Part shown: positions 1 through 11,539 of the stretch, in pieces | Numbering within the stretch: the first letter of the stretch is position 1 | Layout: each line of letters begins with the position of its first letter | Assembly (NCBI RefSeq): GCF_006345805.1 | Contig: NC_043000.1 | Span: forward strand, 32,550,001 to 32,614,000 | Source of the DNA: Octopus sinensis | Taxonomy: Eukaryota | Length of the DNA: 64,000 nucleotides | Direction of reading: 5' to 3' | Translations under genes and position numbers: made by a program | Notes under the pieces: generated by a model | Databases searched by the model: none | The model's input: only the letters and a program-made list of their open reading frames with translations | Told to the model about the DNA's origin: nothing

Positions 1-129
1 CTAAAGGTGGTGCTCCAGCATGGCTGTAGTCAAATGACTGAAACAAATAATAGAGTAAAGAGAAAAAATTAACTGACTTATGGTTCTCTGTTGGAATCTG
101 CCCAACAAAATCCCAAAACTAATTAATCA

Positions 130-945
130 TCATCATCATCATCATAGAGAGAAATGTTGGACAATAAGAAGCATTGGATGTGGCATGCAAGAGAGACGTT
201 TGCGTTGGTATGGTTATGTACTGTGGATGGATGAGGTGAGCTTTGTGAAGAAGTGCCACTCCTAAACAGTGGAAGGAATCTGGGGTAGATGGAGATCCAG
301 GAAGACATGGGATGAGGTGGTGAAGCATGACCTTCGAACGTTAGGCCTCACAGAGGTAATGACAAAAGACTGAGACCTCTGGAGGTATGCTGTGACTGAG
401 AAGACCCAGCAACTAAAGTGAGTTTACAGCTGTAACCTACACCAGTGTCACATAACCAGCCCACTCTAAGTACCTTGGATCATAGGGTGACAGGCCATGC
501 TTGAGGAGACCTATTGAGTCAAGTACATCAACATCAAATCAAATCAAATGGAAATTGTAGTTGTGGTCCCCGTGCCAGTGGCACATAAATAGCACCATCT
601 GAACGTGGTTGTTACCAGCCCCCTTGCCCCGACTGGCTCCTGTGCCGGTGTCATGTAAAAAGCACCATCTGAACGTGGCCGATGCCAGCACCACCTTGAC
701 TGGCTCCCCTGCTGGTGGCACGTAAAAAGCACCTTCCGGCCGTAGTTGATGCCAGCCCCTTCTGGCCCCTGTGCCGGTGGCATGTAAAAAAAGCACTCAC
801 TACACTCGTTAGGAAGGGCATCTAGCTGTAGAAACTTCACCAGATCAAACTAGAACCTGGTGCAGCTTCGAGGCTTCCCAGACCCCAGCTGAACTGTCCA
901 ACCCATGCTAGCATGGAAAACGGACGTTAAATGATGATGATGTTC
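130..945 (+). mobile_element. RTE LINE 3' fragment with subrepeats and (GAT)n tail
   Basis: RRLRWYGYV..GRSRKTWDEVVKHD remnant followed by tggcacgtaaaaagcacc subrepeats and acccatgctagcatggaaaacggacgttaaatgatgatgat. Confidence 0.85.
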
Positions 946-1712
946 AATGTCGGTATGGGTTGGATGGTTTGACAGCAGCCAATGAGTCAGAAGCCTGTAT
1001 GATGCTCCAATATCTGCTTTGGCAGGATTTCTATGACTGGAGGTTCTTCTGAACGCCAACTGCTTCACAGCATGTACTGGGTGCATTTTTCATAGCACCA
1101 GCACTAGTGGGATCAGCCTGCAGTTTGCAAGATAAATATCCCCTTTGAAAGGAATGAGGGAGGCAGTTTAATGCTCGGAGATGAAGGATTAAAGCATGTG
1201 AAATGGGGGCAACAAACAGAAGAGGTTTCTTGCTGAAGAGGAGCTACATGGCTACTGAGATTAGAGAAGAGAGGACAGGTAGAACCAAGGTGGAGCTGGA
1301 AAACAACGGTGATGAGGTGTAAGGGTGGAGCGTGAAGTTTTGAAGTGATCTGAGCGAATGGGAAGTGTAGATGAAAAGAGGTTGCAAGAGCATGTCAGAG
1401 AGTGAGGAACGGTTAGAAATAGTGAAAGGGTGAAAATGATGAAGAACAGGTGTTGAGAGAGGAGGAGGAAGAGGAGGTAACAAAGATAAAAGTTAGAAAG
1501 TGCTGAGAGGTGATCAATGACACTATGAGTTGGGGAGAGAAGATGACGGACAGTTCAGAAGGTGGCTGAGGATAAAGGCAGCAGAATAATAATAATAATG
1601 AGAGAGAGAGAGAGAGAGAGAGATGTACATTAACAAATGAATCAAGATGAGTAATAAGAAGTTAAATTAAGGAAAAGATCCTGGTTTAGAAAACAAAACA
1701 AAACCATCTTAC

Positions 1713-1857
1713 GGAATTCTTCATTAATCATGCCATCAATTGGTTTATGCTTCAGTAATTCTACTGTGATGCCATCCAATTTATGATTGAGTTCTGCATC
1801 TAATTTCACCCATTCAATTGTATCTTCTTCTCCTTCTGGTGGCAGATGACCAATCAC
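1713..1857 (-). CDS. APEH: APEH exon E13 (gene continues left of window)
   Basis: ctacag|GTG ATT GGT...TTC C|gtaaga; VIGHLPPEGEEDTIEWVKLDAEL...MINEEF (cf. VGFLPSAGKEQSVLWVSL); 145 nt; catalytic GGSHGG region not in window. Confidence 0.9.
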
Positions 1858-2711
1858 CTGTAGAGAGATACAAAAGGTAGATCTATGGAGGAGACTTACA
1901 AACTTGTCAAGTTAACCTGATTATAACAATGAAAAACAGCCATAATCGATTTTCAACCGTTGCTGGGGTCTCATCAGAGATTCTACATCACTTGACCAGT
2001 CCCAGGCAAACAAGAGCCAATCCATTTAAATACGCATGGAATCTAACAGCTTCAGAGAACTGGAAATACTATATATTTAAATATATATATTTACCAAGGC
2101 CTTTTCCCCATAGGAGAGGATAGCCACAACAAGACACACACCAAGCATTCCATTCATTTCCCAGTTCAAAGAGGCGAGCCCCATCCCATGCTCGGGTCAA
2201 GGCATAGAAGGCAACCCCCAATATCAGCAGTGAGACCCGACAGCATCATGCTGGCTCCGTACCCCTTTGAGCAACATCAAATTCACTCATCCGCCCACAA
2301 ACACTCTCCAAGCTTTCCTATCATTTATAAACTCTCTTGCCTCTCTCACTCCAACACCTCTAACCACCAAAGCTTTCCTCACTCCATCCATCCACAGAAA
2401 CTGAGGTCTGCCTCTGGTTCTGCTGCCTACCACTTCTGCCTTCATCACCCTCCTTACCATTTACTCCTCATCCATCCTCTTCATGTGGCTAAACCACCTC
2501 AACAGTCGTCTATTCATTCTGGTACATAGATTTTCTCTCATTCCTGCTCACCTTTGCACCTCTTTATTCTTCATCTTGTCCATCCGTGTCACACCAACCA
2601 TAGCCCTCAGACATCTCATCTCAAACACATCTAGTTACCTCCTTTCTGCCTATCTCAGCCCCCACGTCTCTGCACCATATAACATTGTCAGCACAATCAC
2701 ATCCTCGTACT

Positions 2712-4822
2712 GGCAGTCTGATCTGGCAGTGTTTCTACAGCTGGACGCCCTTCCTAATGCCAACCACTCCACGAGTGTAGTGGGTGCTTTTTACGTGCCA
2801 CCGGCACAGGTGTCACAACTACTATTTCCATTGATATTTATTTCGATACTCATGTACTTGACTCAATAGGTCTTCTCAAGCACAGCGGGATGTTCTGAAA
2901 TCCAAGGTACTTTGAATGGGCAGGGGCTATGCGGAACTGGTGCAGGAAGCAGCCCGGGTCTTTGCAGTCACAGCATATCTCCAGAGATCTCGGTCCTTCG
3001 TCATTGCCTCTGTGAGGCCCAATGCCCTGAGGTCATGCTTGACTACCTCATCCCATGTCTTCCTGGGTCTACCTCTCCCCCTGATACCTTCAACTGTTTG
3101 GGAACGGCACTTCTTCACACATCTCTCCTCATCCATCTGCAGTACATGACCATACCATCGCAAGCGACGCTCTTGCCCACGACATCTGATGCTTCTTATG
3201 TCCAGCATTTCTCTCAGGGTGCTTACCCTTTGTCGTGCGCGTACACTGACATTACACATCCAGCGGATCATGCTAGCTTCATTTCTTTCAAGTCTACGCA
3301 TGTCCTCTGCAGTCACAGCCCATGTTTCACTACCGTGAAGCATGGCAGTTCGCACACATGGATCATACAATCCACCTTTCACTCTGAGCAAGAGACCCTT
3401 TGTCGCCAGTGGGAGTAGGAGCTTTCTAAACTTTGCCCAGGCTATTCGTATTTTAGTGGTGACACTCTCTGAGCATCCACCTCCACTACTAACTTGGTCA
3501 CCCAGGTAGCAAAAACTATCAGCTACTTCTAGTTTCTCCCCCTGGAGTGTGATGGAATCTGTTTTCTGAGTATCTGTGGTGCCTATTGTCCCTGTGCATC
3601 TGCCGCACATGAAAGCTATCTTATCAGTTAATTTCCCTTTGATGTTGCTGCACCTCTTATGCGTCCATAGCTTACACTGGGTACATCTTATGGAGTTTCG
3701 ACCTACACCTTTCCTACAGATCGAGCAGGGCCACCTGCCCGAGGGTGTGTGTGCTGAGTTCACCTTTCTGCTTACTATAACTTTGGTCTTTGCTACATTT
3801 ACTCTAAGGCCCTTTGATTCTAACCCTTGCTTCCACACCTGAAATTTCTTTTCTAGTTCCGGTAGTGATTCTGTTATGAGAGCCAGGTCATCATAGTGGA
3901 GCTCCCAGGGGCAACCTGTTTTGAATTCCTCTGTTATTGCCTGGAGGACTATGATGAATAAAAGGGGGCTGAGGGCTGAACCTTGGTGTACACCTACTTC
4001 TACCCAGAATTCTTCACTATATTCGTTGCCAAACCTAACCTTGCTAACAGCCTCTCTGTATAGGGCCTGTACAGCCCTTATTAGCCATTCATCAATCTCC
4101 AGTTTCCGCATCGACCACCAGATAAGGGATCAGGGGACCCCGTCAAAGGCTTTCTCCAAGTCCACAAAAGTTATGTAGAGGGGTTTATCTTTAGCTAGGT
4201 ACTTCTCCTGCAGTTGTTGGACCAGGAATATAGCATCAGTGGTGCTTCTACCCGGCACAAAACCGAACTGCATCTCATCTAAGCAAATGCTCCCCCTAAT
4301 AAGATGGGTTATGACCCTCTCAGTGACCTTCATCACCTGATCCAACAGCTTAATACCCCTGTAGTTATTTCTATCTAGAGCATCACCCTTACCCTTGTAG
4401 CAGGTGACTATGGTGCTGCTACGCCAGTCATTGGGTATGACTCCATTATGAAATACCTGGTTTACATTGCGGGTGACTAGGCCATAGCCCACACAACCAG
4501 CTGTTTTAAGCATATCAGCAGTGATTCCTGATGGGCCGGGGGCTTTACCTGGTTTCATACCCTTAATTGCCTTAACTACAAGGGAGCTATCTATTCGGAT
4601 AGCTGGTCCCTCTACTGGGTCAACATTTGGCAGGCTCTCCTCCTCCCATTCATTCTCCACATTCAGCAGTCTTTCATAATGGCTTCTCCAAGCCTCTTTC
4701 TTTTCACCATCATTAAAAGCAAGTGCCCCATTATCCATGCGGACACATTTCTCTCCTGTAACATCACTATTTTCTGTCACACACTGTCTAGCAATCCGAA
4801 ATACCTCAGTTATTTGGTCCAA
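2712..4822 (-). mobile_element. RTE-clade non-LTR retrotransposon, 5'-truncated, young but inactive
   Basis: One frame 4822-2927 with RT motifs (YRGIKLL, QFGFVPGRST, FVDLEKAFD, GVHQGSALSPLLF), a single TGA at 4130-4132, YDD in place of YADD, then 3' UTR. Confidence 0.95.
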
Positions 4823-5689
4823 ATATAATTAATAAAATATATATATATATTTAAATTAAAAAAAATTTTTTTAATAAAAAGTATAAAAATAATGATAAAT
4901 ATAAAATAAGTAAAAACACTACGTACGTTTCATGGCTATAATTAAATTCAAATTACAATTAAGTTTAAATTCAATTGAAATAAATTCAAACTAAAATTAT
5001 AGTCAATCTTCAGGTTAATGATAATAGTTAAATAAATAAGCAAATAGAGTTAAACAATATTTTTTAAGAAATAAATAAAATAATTTTTCTTATAAAAACT
5101 CCATTATCTAAATTTGAAATTTAAAACATTAGGATTATGTCATACAACCCATTTATTATGTTAAATATTTATTTTTAAGGTAAAAAAAATAGATAGAAAT
5201 ATGTATTTATCTATGAAGATATAATATGGCTTTAAAAAAACATAATAAACTCACGAATATCCTTAACTCAGTTATAGTCCAATATTTAATTACCAAATTA
5301 TTTAACAAAATAATCACTATTCATATTTTTAGATTAAAGTTCACATCTAATAATTATAAAATATTTAAAAATATAACTAAATTATAATTAACAAATATAG
5401 TAATTAAAATCTAAAATTTACTCTATCAATAAATATATAGACATATAATGAAAAATAAATAAATTAATTAGTCCATTATTACTTACTGAAGATTGACTAT
5501 AATTTCAGCTTGAATTTATTTCAATTGAATTTAAACTTAATTGAAATTTGAATTTAATTATAGCCATGAAACGTACATAGTGTTTTTATTTATTATATTA
5601 TATTTATCATTCTTTTTATACTTTTTGGAAAAGAAAAAAAAGTTTTTTAATTTAAAAATTTAACTATATATATTATATTAATTATATTT
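4823..5689. repeat. AT-rich foldback: about 190-bp inverted arms, about 470-bp spacer
   Basis: 4823-5013 is the reverse complement of 5486-5689 with scattered mismatches. Confidence 0.85.
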
Positions 5690-6076
5690 ATATTATTTGT
5701 TATTTATGTATTGGTTTATGTCTATCACTGTTTGAGTTGCCTAATAGTGGTTTTATCTCTAATTCATATTCTATATATGTTGTTTTTGATTTTGAGATTT
5801 AGAGAGGCTATTATAATTGGAATTAGGATTAAATATAAGGATTTTGTTTTACAGTGTATTTAAGGATTAATCCAATATTTTCCATCATTTACAGACACCT
5901 TTCTGGATTTCCCTTCCAATCTAGCTTTACAAATTGGTCCTAAAACTTAAGATTTATTTCATTTAATTTTCTTTTGCTGATCATTAATATGATACGTGAC
6001 TCTTGGCACGGAAACACCAACACGCATAAAAACAGGAGTCTTAATTAAAACATGGAAATTTGAAAGAACGACTCAC

Positions 6077-6168
6077 CAAATACTGAGGTTGGTTAGGAGC
6101 AGAGAATTGGGCCACGATATGATCATGGTGTACATCTAATATCTGTAAGGCACTGACACCACTTTCAG
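6077..6168 (-). CDS. APEH: APEH exon E12
   Basis: tcttccag|CT GAA AGT...TAT TTG|gtgagt; ESGVSALQILDVHHDHIVAQFSAPNQPQYL (cf. LLTIDQDLMVAQFSTP); 92 nt. Confidence 0.92.
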
Positions 6169-6840
6169 CTGGAAGACAAAAGACATTCTGGTCAGAAGCT
6201 GCAGGGATTAATGGTTAACTTAATCTAATAACTTTATGAGGCACAATGCTTGTGAATGAATATTGACCATATGGTCAAGAATCCGAGCTTTGCTCATACA
6301 GTCATTGCATTGTGCCCTGAGCAAGGCCAATACATTTATTTGCTTTACTTGATGTGGATGATGTAAACTGGTGGTGGTGGTGGAATTAGCAGGGTTAGGG
6401 GTTAGAGTGTTGGATAAAATGCTCTGTGGCATTTACTCTAACTCTCTGTGGTCTGGGTTTAATTGTTGCTGAGGTCAACTCTGCTTTTCATCCTTCTGGG
6501 ATCAATGGAAAAATTACAATCCAACATAGTTGATAGTTGGAACTGTAAGAACATCAGACTGGGTGCCTTGTGATATTGATCTCAGTACTTTAGATTTGGT
6601 GTTCAAACCATCCCAACAATGGAAGGCTTAACCCATTGCTCAGTTTAATCCCACTACCTGACCCCTAAGTGCCTTTAGTAAAATTCATTCTGTTGTTGCA
6701 AGCATTTAAATCTGGTCTCGGGTTCAAGAATTCCTTCCACCATTCTTGGAACATCATGGAGACTGTCTTCCCTTTTATATAATAGATGAAAACAAAGCAC
6801 AGCAATTAGAAAATTACTATTTTTAAATCTCACAACAGTA

Positions 6841-7074
6841 CTTTGGGGGTAAAGAGTGTTTGCCAACATAACATGGCAGTCCTGGTTTAGGACAAATGTT
6901 GCTGTAATTTAGCCCCAGGAGACATTGTCTCTAGGGAAATAACCCGGAAATTGTGATACACAGATTGTGTCGTACAGCCAGCTGAAGACGATGTCTCTTG
7001 GGGCTAAATTACAGCAACATTCGTCCTAAACCAGGACTGCCATGTTATTTTGGCAAACAATCTTTACTCCAAAG
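6841..7074. repeat. Foldback/MITE-like, about 90-bp arms
   Basis: acatggcagtcctggtttaggac..gacattgtct versus agacgatgtc..gtcctaaaccaggactgccatgt. Confidence 0.85.
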
Positions 7075-7596
7075 CACAGCAACTCTTTATGGATGAATGG
7101 TTAACATTAGGGATAGAGTCCAGCTGCAAAAACAACTGTCCTTCCAATGATCACCACTGCAACCAATTGGGCATGGAATTTGTTTTATTGAATAAACTTG
7201 GTCGACCCAGCTGGAGCAACTCTACAGCTTGAAGGATGAAGTATTTGATTAGTGTACTGACATGATGGTTCTCAAAGAAGGATTTCTCATAATTTGAAAG
7301 TGTGATGAAATGACAGAACAGTAGACCTCTAAGGAAGTCAGCAGATTCTGCCATAATGGAATGATAAATGTAAACATGATGAGGGAGCAGAAGTTTTGAA
7401 ACCCAATTATGTTTGTGAAATACAACTGGAGACTTGGTCATTATGCATTGTGAGAAACAAATGCTCTTAAACGTTTTTTCCATTAAAATATCAGTGAATT
7501 TTAAAATAACGTCATCTATGATACTGTTCTATCACTTAGCAGCATCTAATGAGTTGCTGATGATGGAAATTACAAAACATGCCAAGATTCACTTAC

Positions 7597-7648
7597 GCGA
7601 TTTAATCCGTGTTACTTTCTGTGTTTCTGTATTAACAACGACTGGAAC
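7597..7648 (-). CDS. APEH: APEH exon E11
   Basis: ttgctag|GTT CCA...TCG C|gtaagt; VPVVVNTETQKVTRIKS (cf. LFAVDTQVGTVTSL); 52 nt, phases fit. Confidence 0.87.
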
Positions 7649-8268
7649 CTAGCAAAAAAGAAATAATCATCACCATTTAACGTCTGTTTTCCATGCTGGC
7701 ATGGGTTGGACCAATGTTGAAATGGATTAAATTATGTACAAAAATCTTGTGTTTCATACTTTGTTACAACATTGTATATACAGTACTACATCATATATAA
7801 CTCACATCCTGTATACACTATTTCATATGCACACTGCATCATATATACACTACATCACAGATGAAATGGAAAAGTGGATGACTTGTTTTTCACAACAGAA
7901 ATTGTGGAGATATATAAATCAGTTTTCAGGAAATATTTCTCAGGTAAATCACAATTTCTCAGGTAAATTACAATTTCAATTTATACAATTTTAAATGTAC
8001 AGGTAATTATTTTGGTTTTTATGTAAGATTATTTTCTTGAATCTTATTTGCAACTAAACAAAATACATGAATTAAATTGTTTTAGCATCACTAGCAAAGA
8101 AATATGTGCCATTGTATCAAAATTTATTGGGTAGAATTAGAATTATTTCAATGCCTCATTACTTTCTCCAAGATTTCAATTAAATGCCAAAATTTGAAAA
8201 AAAAAAAAAAAGTATCTAACACACACACCTCTCTCTCAAAATATAGCAGAGAAAATCAGAACATTTAC

Positions 8269-8369
8269 CAAATGAGATCGAGAGACTGTACTGAAGAGCA
8301 CTCTTTTACTGTCAGATGACCAACAGCGATCAGGAAGACTATGGACAAAAACTCCAGCAAATTCATCAT
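8269..8369 (-). CDS. APEH: APEH exon E10
   Basis: ttttaaag|AT GAT GAA...CAT TTG|gtaaat; DEFAGVFVHSLPDRCWSSDSKRVLFSTVSRSHL (cf. FSGIYCSLLPLGCWSADSQRVVF); 101 nt. Confidence 0.93.
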
Positions 8370-8482
8370 CTTTAAAAGGAACAGAAAACAGCAACAATTA
8401 GCAAAATGGTATTTATTTATTATGGAAATGTACTTGCATAGTGAGTGACTTGATCTGAGATCGTGTGCTGGAACGAAAACAG

Positions 8483-8732
8483 TTGCAGCATGGAAGGTGT
8501 TTATAAGCCATTTAAGAAACACACAAAAACCGTTAGATTCACTTCAATATTTAAATTTAATTTGTCAAAATATTTTCGTTGCTTTGAGACCACGACCTGT
8601 TCAGTGACAAAACTTCATGCTGCATCTCAAAGTGACGAAAATATTTTGACAAATGAAATTTAAATGTTAAAGCGAATCTAACGGTTTTTTGTGTGTTTCT
8701 TAAATGTCTTATAAACACCTTCCACGCTGCAA
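8483..8732. repeat. Foldback/MITE-like, about 107-bp arms
   Basis: ttgcagcatggaaggtgtttataag.. versus ..cttataaacaccttccacgctgcaa. Confidence 0.88.
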
Positions 8733-10046
8733 TATTTATTTAGAAATTCTTCAATAGCAAATATCCATGAAGAAGGATTTCGACAACGCAACAATGGTAC
8801 TGATTAAAACTTCATTTAACTGGTTTTCCTTACTCATTTTTGGGGTGGGGGTGGAGACTATAGCAATAACAACTACTCCTCCTCTTCCTCCCATCACTAC
8901 TACTATGTTGTTGATGTCATCGTTGAATATCCATTTTCCCTGCTGGAATGGCTAGGATGGTTCAATAGGATGATGAGCTAGAGTTGCATCAGGTCCCTAT
9001 TGTCATCTTGGGCCCGGTTTCTATGGCTGGCTGCTGCCCTTCTTCCAAACGCCAATCACTTTATAGAATGTACTGAGTGCTTTTTATGTGGCACCAGGGT
9101 TAGTGAGGTGACCAGGTAACACTTCAAGACCACCCACCTGCTAAACTGAGCAGGTGGGTGGTAGTGAGAGAGGAGGCTTTATGCCAGGTGTTGAGAGGAT
9201 AAAATATGACAAAGAGACAAGACCAAGGGTCTTGTTATTGAGTAGATACATGGCCACCCTGCATTCTAGAAGGGTAGGGGGGAGTGTGCCAGAACAAACT
9301 CATAAGCAATAAGAAGCTGAGTAAAAGGGAGAATACAGCCTTATATCTTATTACACGTCATTTTGTTGAGTGTGTATGTAAGGTATTAAGCATGTCTTAC
9401 TTTATCAAGTCCTTGGCAAAACTAAATGGTGATCACAATTCATAGAATGACAGATGGTAGTGGGAATGTTTCTAGTGGCATAAGTCTGAGAGAGAAAGAG
9501 AGACAGAGTGAGGGAAAGCCGTGTCCTTGACACAACTAAAGGGACTGGATAGCCCCATATTCCTGCTCACTCCCTAACAACTTTACTGAGTGAGAAGCAT
9601 GATGGAGGTATGAATGACGATGATGATGATGATGAGTTGTGATAGGGGTTGAAGTGAGAGGAATACAGTGTAGATGACAGAAACCAAGAGAAATGTATTC
9701 AGTGACAAAATTTTAAATTATTAAAAATTAGACAAATATGTGAAGATGTGGCTGTGTGGTAAGAAGCTTGCTTCCCAACCACATGATTCCAAGTTCAGTC
9801 CTATGGAGTGGCACCTTGGACAAGTGTCTTCTGCTATAGTTTCAGGCTGACCAAAGCATTGTGAGAATACAGACAGTGGATTGGGGGCAGGGAGAGGGGG
9901 TGACTAATTGCATAAGAGGGTGAGAAGAGAGTGAGAGAGAAAAAAAAAAGAAAAGATTAAACCGTTTTCATTACTTGATTCTCAATTATTTTTAAAGTCA
10001 TTTCAAAAGAAACAGATTTTGCTGAGCCTTTAAAATGTAGGCCTAC

Positions 10047-10104
10047 CTTTTGCCTGGTCAACAACATCCAATACGATTTTGGTTTCTTTATTCACCCAAT
10101 CAAT
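10047..10104 (-). CDS. APEH: APEH exon E9
   Basis: atttcag|ATT GAT TGG...AAA G|gtaggc; IDWVNKETKIVLDVVDQAK (cf. YDWYTKVTSVVVDVV); 58 nt. Confidence 0.9.
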
Positions 10105-11223
10105 CTGAAATAAAATGTAGGATAGATAATTAAACAAAGTCACAATCAGAAATAAAAATTGGATCAGCAAAACATAAGGATTTTGTTATTTTTATATTTT
10201 AAGGATTTTCATCAGGAGAAAAGGGCTGAGTACATAACTTTAGCTATGTCCTTTGGTCCTGGTGACATCAATATGGTTGATATTAAAGTTTGATAACAGC
10301 GGTCACTTTGAATTTTATAGACAGTAATATGAGAATTCAAACGAAAGAGTTAGGGATGCCACCATAGAATTAATCATGTCTAACATAATGAAATGATGTC
10401 AATAGATAATTATCAAAGAATTAAGGTTTCTTTTATTATTCGGATCTGTATTAAATTGGCCATCACATTTAGAAGCAGAGTGATGTTAGACAGACTAAAG
10501 ACTGGACATTGGTGATAAAATACAAGTGACACAACAAGTGTCTCTTGAAGCACAATGAGCTACAGATAATAACTTATATTGCATTTAAGGTTAAAGTTCC
10601 TTGAATGTAAAAAAGGTGAAAAGCTACCTGTGGGACCTGAATCACATCTTCTGTAACCCAGACAGATGTGATAAGATTTACACTAAAATAACCTTCTGAC
10701 TTTCCACCATTCAAATTTAATGTTTTAATTATACAAGGGAGAAAGGAACTTTGTCTACATTTAGAATGTCAATGGAGAAGCATTGAGAAATAGGTAAATA
10801 AAAATAACTTATATTGTGGTCGCAACTATAATGGCAATTAGTAATAAAGATTAGAAAACGATAGACTTGTCTCTGAGAAATAGAACCTGCAAGAAGCAAA
10901 CTTGATAGGGAATATTTACAGGGCTATTCAATGTGCTAGAAAGAGCAGCCAAACCTCCTTAAAATTATATCTTACTGTCTCTAAAAATGAATGGAAGGAC
11001 ACATATCTAATATATTCCTAGATACACTTTTACAGAACAGAGATGCGATGGTCATAGCCAGAATGCCTTTGATTATGTGTAAGATCAGAGATGACTTTTG
11101 AACTAAGCAACAACAACCAATCAATCAGTCGAGTTTGTAAATATTTCAGAATCAAGAATTATTAATCAATAAATTGGTAGAATCTCAATTTAATCCGTTT
11201 TGGAATCGTCCAAATCTACTTGC

Positions 11224-11342
11224 CATCAGTAGTCTGCTACATTGGTAGTGAGGCCCAGATGCAGGATTATCCATGTAGACTATCTTTTTTCCATCAGGGC
11301 TGAAAGATGGGGACCGAACAGCTTTGTCTTCATCCCCAAAAC
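11224..11342 (-). CDS. APEH: APEH exon E8 (followed by GC-AG intron)
   Basis: tttctag|GT TTT GGG...CTG ATG|gcaagt; FGDEDKAVRSPSFSPDGKKIVYMDNPASGPHYQCSRLLM (cf. AVSSPRLSPD..PHHQCSQL); 119 nt. Confidence 0.92.
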
Positions 11343-11539
11343 CTAGAAAGGATTAAAAGAGATTTAAAGAACATTCCATTAGACAACAGCTGGGGCATGA
11401 AATATGGCTAAAGTACGACTTAACGCTGCCGTTACTATAGCAACACCATAGAAATAACAACTACAATCACTACACAGATACAGTGGGATTTCTGGTTCTC
11501 TGACAGAAATGTGTGTGTGTGTGTGTATGCGTATGTATA

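Noticed and set aside
4823-5689. Mitochondrial insertion (NUMT) suggested by extreme AT content
   Set aside because: No recognisable rRNA, tRNA or mitochondrial ORF motif; explained by a long inverted repeat
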